Shown here piece after piece: positions 36,825-48,720 of a stretch of DNA of 64,000 nt. The translations under genes were made by a program, and so were the position numbers. The stretch's first letter is position 1. Each line of letters begins with the position of its first letter. The notes under the pieces are model-generated. The model had not been told where the DNA came from, did not search any database, and saw nothing but the letters and a program-made list of their open reading frames with translations. The DNA is from Octopus bimaculoides (taxonomy: Eukaryota). The stretch lies in assembly GCF_001194135.2 (NCBI RefSeq), contig NC_068982.1:155401442-155465441 (forward strand). The letters are read 5' to 3'.

Positions 36825-37119
36825 TTAACATCCGTTGTCCCTGTTGGCATAGGTCAGACAGTTTGACCAGAGCTGGCAAGCTGGGATGCTGCACCAGACT
36901 CCAATCTGATTTGACATGGTTTCTATGGCTGGATGTCTTCCTAACACCAGCCACTTTACAGAGTGTGCTGGGTGCTTTCATGTGGCATTGCACAGGCACT
37001 TTTACATGGCCTCACACGGATGCTTTTACATGATACTACACAAGCACTTTTACATGACACCTCCACAAGTGCTTCTCGCCACCAGAGGAACTGGCATTAA
37101 CACTTCTGCTGCAGAGTAT

Positions 37120-37640
37120 GGGTCTTCTTGAGTACAGCAAGGCCCCAAACATCTTGGTCCTTTGTCATCTCACCTGAAAGGTTTAGTGTCCTGAGATCAT
37201 TCTTCAGTACTTCATACCATGTCTACCTGGGTTTCCCACTTCCACATATTCCATCTACATTGAGAGATCAGCACTTCTTTATGGAGCAGTCACCATCCAT
37301 CCGTATCACATGATCAAACTAGTGCAGTCTTCTCTCTTGCACATAGCAACTAATTCTTCTTATGCCTAACTTCTCTCCCAGAACACTTGCACTGTCAAAC
37401 ATGTACACTTACATTACACATCCAGTGGAAAATACTAGCCTCATTCCTTTCTAACCTTCACTTGTCCTCTGCATTCAGGTCCCATGTCTCACTACCATGT
37501 CAAATTGCTGTCCATATACATGCATCATACAATCTTCCTTTCACTCAGAGAGAGAAACCTTTTGTGGCCAGCAGAGGTAACAACTCTCTGAATTCCCCAC
37601 ATCCTGTTATTATTCTATCTATCACACTTTTCATGCATTC
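37120..37640 (-). mobile_element. Degenerate RTE LINE C-terminal fragment
   Basis: Homology to 8343-8830. Confidence 0.75.
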
Positions 37641-38559
37641 TCCCCTTAACAGAGTTGTTAGACCATCAGATCTAATTACTATCTTCAAGTGTGACTCAAA
37701 TTTCTAGCTGAAATTTTGTATGAGATTATACAGTAATCATTTGTGAGCTCTGAGGTCATATCTTGCCATGGTCAGTTTCCTAGTTTCCCTTTCATCCTTT
37801 CAAAATCAATAAATGAAGAACCAGCCCTATATTGTATTAATTTCTTCTCTTTTGCTCACTCTTCCTTTTTGTCTGTCTGGTTTTCTCTCATCTGGAAGGA
37901 ATTGATTGTACACAGATATTGAGTGCAATGGGTTACACCAGATTTAAAAATGCCCAAGACATGCCATATGTTACAACGGCACCCCTACGACTCCATTGAA
38001 TAAATGAGGTCCCAAGACAGGGCAATATAGTAAGTTTAAAGTTCCTTTCACCCTTTTTTGCTAAGATTTAGCATCTGAATACAATTATATTTATATAAAA
38101 GTATGTTTTGATCTAAATACATATATGTAATAATTTTCGCAACTCTGTTTTATACCATTAAAATAATATAGATATTTATATTTAATATATCAGTGGCACA
38201 CTTCTTAACCAAAGAAATTACTATTTTCTATTCTGAATGAAATTCTATCCTAACAATATCTTAACAATACTTCAGAAGTCATGTCATAAGACTAAAGGGG
38301 CACAACTAAGTTCGAGAAGCGAGTATTTTTTTTTATTTTCATTTATATTTCTACTATCAAACCTTTTGTCGTAAGAAAGCTGACTTAGAACCATTTTCTT
38401 TTTATACATTATATTGCCATTTGTATAATTGGCGATCACCGGTTGTAGCTTTAGTTTCCTCGATTTTGCAACATGTAAACTATTTATATCGAACAATATT
38501 CTTTTCCATTCTTTTACTAATTTCATTCAATGGACTGTGCTGTTATCACGCAGTAGAAG

Positions 38560-38800
38560 TCTCTGCTACGACAATCCTCTTTCACTCGTTGGATTTTTGA
38601 TAAACAAGGGATTTTGACAGATGAACGATGTCTATGTTTTTTTTCAAAACTTCTTATTTCTGGTATTAGCCATTACCACAAATGATAGAGTTCTGGAAAT
38701 ATGGAGAGAAATTATGCAATGGTGCTATAATATAAACATAGAAGTAGAACGCAAATCTTCCCACCAAGTCATTGAGAGTATTGTAAAGGAAAGCAATGGT
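38560..38800 (+). mobile_element. Possible L1-type ORF2 C-terminal remnant
   Basis: FTRWIFDKQGILTDERCLC followed by RVLEIWREIMQWC resembles the L1 Zn-knuckle region; frameshifted. Confidence 0.35.
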
Positions 38801-39719
38801 TCTCGATGTCAGGCAACAGATATAATTCTTAGACAGAAGAGTCCTGCCAGGTGGGTTTTCTTTAAATGACTGGGACTTTCAACGGTGATTACATTCAGCT
38901 TGGTGTGACCCCACAGGGTTCACTAATTTTGATATCGTCAGGCTAGCTGGATTACTTATGTGGGGTTCACTAAGGTGTTTTGAAGCCCACGAAAGTTCGA
39001 AAATCGTGAAGTAATATAGCTGTGAAGTTTTACTTAGACTTTCCTGTAGAAATGCAAATAAAACTCATGTCAAATAGTTGTTGTCCACAACAGTTGTATT
39101 TAATATGATTTTCTTCTGGTACACAAAAATGTATTTTAGTAGAAACTTTCTATTACGTAGAATAATTTCAATTAGGATTAATTTTGTTTTTGTTGTTTTG
39201 CGTAATTCCGTATCTTATCCTTTAAGTTATTTAGAATAATGCCATTGTCCACTTGCATTATTTCCCTTAGCTCGTTTATCTGTCTGTTTCGTTTTAATTA
39301 AACGAATTTGAATGACCTTTGTAAGTCTTCCTGTGTGCAAACTTATTGTCAACTGATTAATACAGTTTAAATAAACAATACTATGCTGGTGAGATCCAAC
39401 AAGATTGAAACATGTTTGTGTTTGTCCTGTTGCATGCAAATCAAGATCAACTTCCCCCATCCCCAAAACATGTAAATTTAGAAAATTAAGGTTTTTTTTT
39501 TTTAATTATCTCTCTTCTTCTTTGTGAGTCACTATCAATGACCTCTAAGGTTTATATTTTCTTTCTCCAAGAAAGAAATTTCAATCAAAAGTTTTTGTTT
39601 TGTTTTGTTTGTGATTACATAAATCAGCACATCTTCTTTTGACTTATCACTTCTGTTATTTATTGATCAAATTAATGAACCTCAATTACTGTGGATAGAA
39701 CACACAGTGCTTCTAGAAC

Positions 39720-41060
39720 TTAGTTTTGCTGATGCGGGCAGGTTTTCTCAAGAACTTTGTATTGCCAAACATCTCAGTCCATTATCATTTCCTCTGTGAA
39801 GCCCAACAACTTAAGATCAGCCCTTACCACTTCATCCCATGTCTTCATAGGTCTCCCACTTCCATGGATGATCAGCATTTCTTTATACAGTTGTCTTCAT
39901 ACACATCACATGTCCAAACCAGCATAGTCTTCTCTCTTGCATGCTGCATTTGATATGTTATGCCCAACTTTTCTCTCAGTACATTTGCACTTTCTTATAC
40001 ATACACACTGACGTTGCACATCCAGCAGAGCATACAGCCTTCATTTCTTTCCAGTTAATGCATGTCTTCAGCATCCAGAGCCCATGTCTCACTACCATGG
40101 AGTATAGTTGTTCATACACAAGCATCATGCAGTCTATCTTTCACTCTGAGAGAGAGTACTTTTGTTGCCAACAGAGATAACAGCTCCCTGAACTTCCTCC
40201 ACCTTATTCTTATTCTAGAAACAATACTGTCAGAGCATCCTCCACCATTGCTAATTTGGTCACCTAGGTAACAGAAACTATCTACAACCTTGAGAGAGCA
40301 TCCTGGGCATTTGAGAAAATCTAAGTCCTGTCTACTCTTAGTGCTTATAGTTCCTACACATTTGCCACATACAAAAGTGACTTTATCTGTTAATCTACCT
40401 GTGACTCCACTGCACCTCTTATGCGTTCATAGCTTACACTGGGTGCAGTGAGTGGAATTACTTCCAACACCATTCCTACATACTGAGCAGAAAGAGAGTC
40501 TTACCTTCTTTCTTGTTAACAACAACTTTGTTCCTTGCTAGGTTAACTTTAACACCCTTTGATTTCATGTTTTGCTTCCATACCTAGAATATCTACTCCA
40601 ATTCTGCAATAAGAGCAAAATCATCAGCATAAAGTAGTTCCCATGGGCTGCCAGTTTTGAATTCCTCTGTTATGGCCTGGAGAACTATAGTGAATAAGAG
40701 TGGGCTGAGAACTGAACCTTGGTGAATCCCTACTTGTACGCTAAATTCCTCACTATATTCATGGCTGACTCTCACCTTACTGACAGCACCACTGTACATG
40801 GCTTGAACTGCTCTAACAAGCCACTCCTCTACTCCTAACTTCCTTAGAGATCACCAGATAACAGAGCAGGGGACTCTGTCGAAAGCTTTCTCCAGGTCAA
40901 CAAAAGCTAAGTACAATGGCTTACTTAGGTCAAATACTTTTCCTGCAGTTGTCTCACGAGAAAGATGGTATCTGTGGTACTCTTCCCAGGCACAAAACCA
41001 AACTGCATCTCATCTAGTTTAATTCTATTCCTAATCAATTGAGCTATAACCCTCTTAATA
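39720..41060 (-). mobile_element. Older RTE LINE RT fragment
   Basis: GIHQGSVLSPLLF, ELLYADDFALIAE, degenerate PHD-like insert, with stops and frameshifts. Confidence 0.85.
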
Positions 41061-42091
41061 ACCGTGGCCTATGCCAGTGCTGTATAACCAGCCCAGTTAA
41101 GAGTACCCTTCAATCATTGGAGGAATTTTCTAAAATGCAAGCACGGTTCGAAAATCTCTGCCCTGGAGTTCAGGGTGCCCCCTAACATGAGTGAGTCTTT
41201 AAGGATCTTCATATATTTCCTTTTAACTGGCACTCTGTTGGTTACAACGATGAGGTTTCCAGTTGATCCAAATAACAGAACAGCTTGCTCATGAAATTAA
41301 CAAGCAAGTGGCTGAACACTCCACAGGCATGCATATCCTTAACCCATTACCTCCCATAATTCTATTAACTGGAATTTTTTATGAAACTTTGATTTCTAAC
41401 ATAAAACAGCCTTAGAAACACGCTGGAATGATCAAAATAACATTTCAAAATAACATTTTAAATAGAAATAAGCGAGATATTGGGTGAAAAATTAGCAAAC
41501 CTCATTTGAGTATCAGAGAAATATACCTGGTAGATATAGCAAAAAGGTTAGATATGTGGAAATATTGACAGATAATTACGAAATTTGTAATTTTTAAGTG
41601 ATTTCATATGAGATCACTGGTAGGTAATAGGTTAATGTAATCTCATGGAGATTCAGTGTGACATGGAATGTGACAAGGCTGAACCTTTGAAATACAGGTA
41701 CTACTCATTTTTGCCAGCTGAGTGGACTGGAGCAATGTAAATTAAAACATCTTGCTTAAGGACACAATGCACCACTGGTAACTGAACTGACAAAGATTGT
41801 GAGCTGAATCCCTAACCACTAAACCATGTGCCTAAGCCACTGAGGATGAGCAAAACTAGCTCGAAACTGAGTCAGTCTTGTGATCCCATCATCTGCTGGG
41901 GGGTGGTAGAGGTTTGCTCCCCTGCTTGCAATATATTCAGGGTGTAGGCTGCACCTGTAACCAGCTGGTGGAAGATTTACCTGGAGTTAAAACAATAGTA
42001 ACATTGAACAGCCTTATTGATGCAGCCATTAACTTTACTTATATATATATATGTATGTATATATATATTCAAGTGTCACATATTTTTACAG

Positions 42092-44400
42092 ATCATCATC
42101 ATCGTCGTCGTTTAACATCCGCTTTCCATGCTAGCATGGGTTGGACGATTTGACTGAGGACTGGTGAAACCAGATGGCTACACCAGACTCCAATCTGATT
42201 TGGCAGAATTTCTACAGCTGGATGCCCTTCTTAACACCAACCACTTCGAGAGTGTAGTGGGTGCTTTTACGTGCCACCGGCACGAAGGCCAGTCAGGCGG
42301 TACTGGCAATGGCCACACTCAAAATGGTGTATTTCATGTGCCACCCGCACAAGAGCCAGTCCAGGGGCACTGGCAATGAACTTGCTTGAATGTCTTTTCA
42401 TGTGCCACTGGCACAAGTGCCAGGAAGGCGACGNNNNNNNNNNNNNNNNNNNNNNNNNNNNNNNNNNNNNNNNNNNNNNNNNNNNNNNNNNNNNNNNNNN
42501 NNNNNNNNNNNNNNNNNNNNNNNNNNNNNNNNNNNNNNNNNNNNNNNNNNNNNNNNNNNNNNNNNNNNNNNNNNNNNNNNNNNNNNNNNNNNNNNNNNNN
42601 NNNNNNNNNNNNNNNNNNNNNNNNNNNNNNNNNNNNNNNNNNNNNNNNNNNNNNNNNNNNNNNNNNNNNNNNNNNNNNNNNNNNNNNNNNNNNNNNNNNN
42701 NNNNNNNNNNNNNNNNNNNNNNNNNNNNNNNNNNNNNNNNNNNNNNNNNNNNNNNNNNNNNNNNNNNNNNNNNNNNNNNNNNNNNNNNNNNNNNNNNNNN
42801 NNNNNNNNNNNNNNNNNNNNNNNNNNNNNNNNNNNNNNNNNNNNNNNNNNNNNNNNNNNNNNNNNNNNNNNNNNNNNNNNNNNNNNNNNNNNNNNNNNNN
42901 NNNNNNNNNNNNNNNNNNNNNNNNNNNNNNNNNNNNNNNNNNNNNNNNNNNNNNNNNNNNNNNNNNNNNNNNNNNNNNNNNNNNNNNNNNNNNNNNNNNN
43001 NNNNNNNNNNNNNNNNNNNNNNNNNNNNNNNNNNNNNNNNNNNNNNNNNNNNNNNNNNNNNNNNNNNNNNNNNNNNNNNNNNNNNNNNNNNCTTGCCACA
43101 TGTCCATACCAGCGCAATCATCTCTCTTGCATATCACAACTGATGCTTCTTAGGTTCAACTTTTCTCTCAAGATACTTACACTCTGACGGGTATGCACAC
43201 TGACATTACTCATCCATTGGAGCATACTGGCTTCATTCCTTGCAAGCTTATGCATGTCCTCAGCAGTCACGGCCCATGTTTCACTGCCATGTAGCATGGC
43301 TGTTTCTACACATGCGTCATACAGTCTGCCTTTTACTCTGAGTGAGAGGCCCTTTGTCGCCAGCAGAGGTAAGAGCTCTCTGAACTTCGCCCAGGCTATT
43401 CTTATTCTAGCAGCTGTACTTTCAGCGCACCCTCCCCCACTACTAACTTGGTCACCCACATATCGGAAGCTATCAACTGAACATCTGCCACATACAAAAA
43501 CTAGCTTCCTAGTTAACCTGCCTTTGATATTGCTGCACCTCTTATGTGTCCATAGCTTGCACTGGGTACATCTTATAGAGTTTCTGCCAACACCTTTTCT
43601 ACAGATCAAGCATGGCCATCTACCTGAAGGGGTTTGTGTTTTGTCTACCTTTCTACTTATTAGGACTTTGGTTTTAGCTAGGTTGACTCTAAGGTCCTTC
43701 GATTCTAGTCCCTGCTTCCACACCTGAAACTTCTCTAGTTCTGATAGTGACTCAGCAATTAGTGCAAGGTCGTCAGCATAGAGGAGCTCCCAGGGGCATC
43801 CTGTCTTGAATTCCTCTGTTATCGCCTGGAGGACTATGATAAATAGGTGGGGCTGAGGACTGAACCTTGGTGGACCCCTACCTCTACCCGGAATTCTTCA
43901 CTGTACTCATTGCCAACCCTCCCCTTACTGACAGCGTCTCTGTACATAGCTNNNNNNNNNNNNNNNNNNNNNNNNNNNNNNNNNNNNNNNNNNNNNNNNN
44001 NNNNNATTTCTCCTGCAGCTGTCTTACCAGAAATATAGCATCAGTGGTGCTCTTCCTTGGCACGAACCCAAACTGCATCTCATCTAAACTGACTTGCTCC
44101 CTAATTAGTTGGGCTATGACCCTCTCTGTGACTTTCATTACCTGATCAAACAACTTGATACCTCTGTAATTATTTGTATCTAAAGTGTCACCATTACCTT
44201 TGTAACAATTCACTATGTTGCTGCTACACCAGTCATTGGGTATGACTCCTTCGTGTATCACCTGGTTAACAATACGGGTGACTAGGCTATAGCCGACACT
44301 ACCAGATATTTTGAGCATCTTTGCAGTGATTGCTGATGGGCTGGGGGCTTTCCCTGTCTTCATACTCTTAATTGCTCTATCTACCATGGTACTGTAAATT
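42092..44400 (-). mobile_element. 5'-truncated RTE-clade LINE, young copy spanning two assembly gaps
   Basis: IPNDWCSS, NYRGIKL, QFGFVPRKSTTDAIF, LLYADDLALIAE, PHD-like insert, MLHGSETW; same 3' end and tail as 7650-9320. Confidence 0.92.
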
Positions 44401-44489
44401 CGGACAGCTGGTCCCTCTGTTGGGTTGACATATCAATTTTTCTCTCAATACCTTAACATTTCTTTGTACATTCAGTGCAGCATACTAAC

Positions 44490-45540
44490 TTCATTCCTCT
44501 GGTCTTTGCATGTCCTCTGCATTTTTGGCCCAAGTCTTACTACCATGTAGCATTGCTGTTCATACGCAAGCATCATACAATCTATCACTGTGTGTGTGTG
44601 TGAGAGAGAGAGAGAGAGTTTTTGTTTCCTACAGAGGTAATAGTTCTCTGAACTTTCTCCATTCTATTTCTGTTCTAGCAACTATACTTTCATAAAATTC
44701 TCCTCCTCTGCTAGTTAGGTCACAGAAACAGAAACTGTCTACTACTTCTGCAGAGCCTCCCATATGTCTTTAGTGTTTATTGCTCCTGCACATCTTCCAC
44801 ACAAAGACTACTTTCTTTGATAATCTTCCTGTGATTCCATTACATCTTTTGTGCGTCCAAAGCACCATAAGGAATTTCTATCTCCGTTTTTGCTAAATAT
44901 TAAGCAGGACCATTTCCTTGAAGAGAGTAAAGTCCTGTTTCTCTACTGACTAGAACTTTGGTCTTTGCCAAGGTAACTTTAAGACCCCTTGATTCCCAAT
45001 TTAATTCCACACCTGGAATTACTTTTCTAATTCTACTACAGATTCCATTATAAAAATGAGGTCATCAGCATTTAATACTTCTCAATGATAAGTGGTCTTA
45101 AATTTCTCTGTTATGACCAGTGGGTCTATGATGAATTAAAGGGGACTGAGTACTGAACCCTGGTGAACTCTTATCTCTACTCATGAATGACTCTCACCTT
45201 ACTGACAGTATCCCCGTACACAGTTATATAACTCTCACAAGCCATTCATCTACTCCAAGCTTTCTCATAGACCACCAGAACACTGACCAAGGGACTCTGT
45301 GAAAAGGCTTTCTCCAGGCCAATGTATGCCAAGTACAAAGGCTTACTTTTAGTTAAATCCTTCTGCAGTTGTTTTATTAAGATGGTATCAAAAGTACTTC
45401 TCCATGGCACAAAATCAAACTGCATCTCATTTTGTGTAATTTTGTTCCTAATTTATTGGGCTTTAATCTCTGTAACTTTCAGGCTCTGGTCCAGCAACTT
45501 GATCCTTCTGTAATTACTTCCATCTGAGGCTTCTCTTTTA
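44490..45540 (-). mobile_element. Highly degenerate RTE LINE RT fragment
   Basis: Colinear homology to 43100-44200 (HQGSVLSP, ADDL-like, PHD remnant). Confidence 0.75.
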
Positions 45541-46744
45541 CCTTTATAATAGCTGACTATAGTGCTGCTCTCCCTTCCTCTTTCACTCTAATTCTTGACA
45601 TTTATGATTTGCCTTTCCCTATCCTTTTCTTCTCTCTCTTCTTTAATTCCCCCACTCTAATACTTTATATTCTGTTACTCTCTCCACTACCATCATCTTA
45701 CAACAGTAATTTTTTTTCTGGAAATCATATTTCTAATCTTTCTCAACATCTCGTAAAGTCATCACTTTCTCTTATTTGTAAGTTATAAAGTGATCTCACT
45801 AGCACTGATGCCACATTAAAGTATTCAGTACATGTTGAAAAATGGTTTGGCAAATTGAGCAGAGACAGTACAAGATTCAAAAGATTGTTTAGTCTTGCTG
45901 AAGACAAGAATACCACTGTAGTACTGATACAATGGAAAAACAAAATGCACCATACATCATCATCATCATCATCACCATCATCATCACCACCATCATCATC
46001 GTTTAACATCCGCCTTCCCTCCTGGCATGGGTGAAACGGTTTGACAAGAGCTGGCTAGACAGAAGCTTGCACCAGACTTCTGTAACTGTTTTGGCAGGAT
46101 TTTTACAGCTGGATACCCTTCCTAACACCAACCACTTGGCAGAGTGGACTTAGTGCTTTTTTACATGGCACAAGCACAGGTGAGGTCAGTTTTGGCAAGG
46201 TTTTTACAGCTGGATGCCTTTCCAAACACCAACCACTTTACAGTGTAGACAGAGTGCTTTTGAGTGGCACCTGCACTGACAGGGTCACCAAGTGCAAGAC
46301 AAAAGAAAACTCTTTTGAGATGGAAGAGGGCATTGGAGGAGGTGATCTTGTGCTGGATAATGAAAGGTTATAGTGAGGCAGAGAGACAGAAACAGGTGTC
46401 TTGCTGTAGAGGAGGTACAAAGTTACCTGGCCAGAGAGAGGGAGAGAGAAAGAGAGAGAGAGGGAGAGAGAGAGAGAGAGAGAGAGAATGAAGGCGGAAA
46501 CAGGTACACTGCCACAAAGGAGATACGTGGTTACCCAACCTGAGAGAAGTGCAGGAGAAGGAGAGAGAGAGAGAGACAGCAGGATAAAGATGGTGGTAAA
46601 GTGTGTGAGAAATTTTCTTGTGGGACACACAGCTCTTCTAGAACTGAGTTTCACTGACATGGGCGGGTCTTCGTATATATATATATACTGTCAATGAATC
46701 ATATATCCAAAAAAGAAGCACACTCTAAAATATTTATATATATA

Positions 46745-47663
46745 GTTTTAAATATCTGAGCAAGAAAAATGTAGTAACAGTACCATACAATGCAATGTGG
46801 CAGTCCTATGCAAGACAATGTTACTACATTTTAGCCCCAAGAAAACATCTTTTCCACCTGGCTACCAACACATGATCTGTGTCCATATACTGTGAGCAAG
46901 GGAGTCTACCACTCCCTTTCTAGCCATAGTGATACTTATAGACCAATGGTTTCTGAGTAATTTCCCTTCTTCAGTACAGAACAACCACCAGTTAGAGATA
47001 GCAGTCACTTACTTTTGCTCACAATATATACTTTTAAAGTGACACACAGTTGCTGATCTCACAAAGAGAAAAACAACTAGTTTTAAATCTCTGAGCAAGA
47101 AATATGTAGTAACAGTGCCATACAGTAAAGTCTATTTGCCAATGCAATGTGGCAGTCCTACACAGGACAATGTTACTACATTTTAGCCCCAGGAAAACAT
47201 CTTTTCCAGCTGGCTACTGACACATGATCTGTATTTATATACTGTGAGCAAGGGAGTCTACCGACACATGACTTGGGACTAAAAAGTAATAACATCGTCC
47301 TGCGTAGGTCTTTAACATTGCGTTGGTAAAAAGATCTTACTGTATGGTACTAAAACTAGTTGTTTTTCTCTTTACGAGATCAGCGATTGTATGTCACTTA
47401 AAAAGTATATACTGTGAGCAAGAGCAAGTGACTGCTATCTCTAGCCAGTGGTTATCTTGTACAAAGGAAGGGAAATTACCCAGAAACTATTGGTCTACGG
47501 GTATCACTGTAGATAGAAAGAGAGCGGTAGACTCCTTTACTTACAGTAGGCGAACACAAAATATGTGTTAGTAGCCAGCTGGAAAAGATGTTTTCCTGGG
47601 GCTAAAAAGTAATGACGTTGTCCTGCGTAGGACTGCCACATTCCGTTGGCAAATAGACTTTAC
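46745..47663. repeat. About 0.9-kb imperfect inverted repeat built from tandem units of about 335 bp
   Basis: 46745-47080 is repeated directly from about 47080 to 47260; 47270-47663 is a reverse-complement copy of the same unit. Confidence 0.88.
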
Positions 47664-47759
<96 letters not shown>

Positions 47760-47770
47760 TTACTAGTAAC

Positions 47771-47928
47771 TATATTTTATTCTTGGGCAATAACGGAAAG
47801 AAATAAAACGTGACCGCAAAGAAGCTTCGAAGTGGCTGCTCGACCTGCTAGAAATGGCATGCAAATAACAGTTAATGATGGTCTTAAATAAAGGACAAAC
47901 AAGAATTAACATAGAAAATCTATTCACA

Positions 47929-47971
<43 letters not shown>

Positions 47972-48083
47972 AGACCATTATTAGACTGCGATTTACATGC
48001 CATTTATAGCAGATCAAGCAACCACTTCGAAGCTTTGCTGTCGCGTTTTATTTCTTTCCGTTTTTGCTCGAGAATAAAATATA
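47771..48083. repeat. Imperfect inverted repeat: arms of about 115 bp around an 80-bp spacer containing (CT)n(AT)n
   Basis: 47771-47887 pairs with 47969-48083. Confidence 0.88.
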
Positions 48084-48399
48084 TCTACGGGTAATTGGTT
48101 ATTTTTTTTTCCTCGAACATTTCTGAACTTCGTTCTACATAACTTCATCCGACATGTAAATATTTTTGAGAAAGAAACCGTAAACATTTTTCTTTTGCAA
48201 TGGTTAATACAATTCTATGCTAGTTACGTAGTGGAGTCGATTCTAGTATTCCTATAAAACATCCAGTATATGAATGGAATTATAATTATAATAAAAGACT
48301 AAGAGAAAAGAGAGTTAAAAGTTCTCCGAGTTCAATACTTGTAAAATCATAAATAAATAAATAAAAACTTGTTGGTAGAACGTGTCAGCAAAGTTATCT

Positions 48400-48720
48400 T
48401 CCCCTTGTTTATATTGTTTGGCACAAGGGTGCGTTATATGCGAAACCTTACTGTTTACGTATGGCGCACATGTAGCACTAATGTTTCCCACAAAATGGAT
48501 TTGCCCGTTATTGTGCACGAATTAAGGACTCTAAATGAACAATACAAGAAAAGAGTAACTGATAAAGAACAAGCTACAGCGGTTTATTGCAAGGGTTTCT
48601 GCACGGTAAGTCTAAGGCGTTGGCCGCCAATATATCTAAGGCAGTAGCCGCCACGGTGAAAGCATCCTCGTCGTCGTAGTCGTCAAATCTACCATAATGG
48701 CTGCGTGTCGGAACTTTTTC
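48400..48720 (+). promoter_or_regulatory. CpG-enriched promoter-proximal region of the ZNF292-like gene
   Basis: Local CpG/GCCGCC enrichment in AT-rich DNA; YY1-like ATAATGGCTGC near 48693-48703. Confidence 0.45.
48495..48605 (+). CDS. First coding exon of a ZNF292/RLF/ZNF654-like protein (MDLPVIVHELRTLNEQYKKRVTDKEQATAVYCKGFCT)
   Basis: ATG in aaaATGG context, 37 codons, strong donor ACG|GTAAGT in phase 0, CpG-rich surroundings. The YCxxFC end matches my recollection of vertebrate exon-1 ends (ZNF654 YCRRFCQ|, RLF YCRSFCQ|, ZNF292 YCQQLCQ|). No exon 2 found before 64000. Family call is from memory, not a search. Confidence 0.65.

Noticed and set aside
38621-38869. ORF with acceptor and donor-like sites as a host exon
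   Set aside because: Upstream frameshifted sequence suggests an L1-type Zn-knuckle remnant; kept only as a low-confidence mobile element
48369-48647. 92-aa ORF as annotated in the track
   Set aside because: The non-ATG extension and read-through past GTAAGT are unlikely; the real unit is probably 48495-48605
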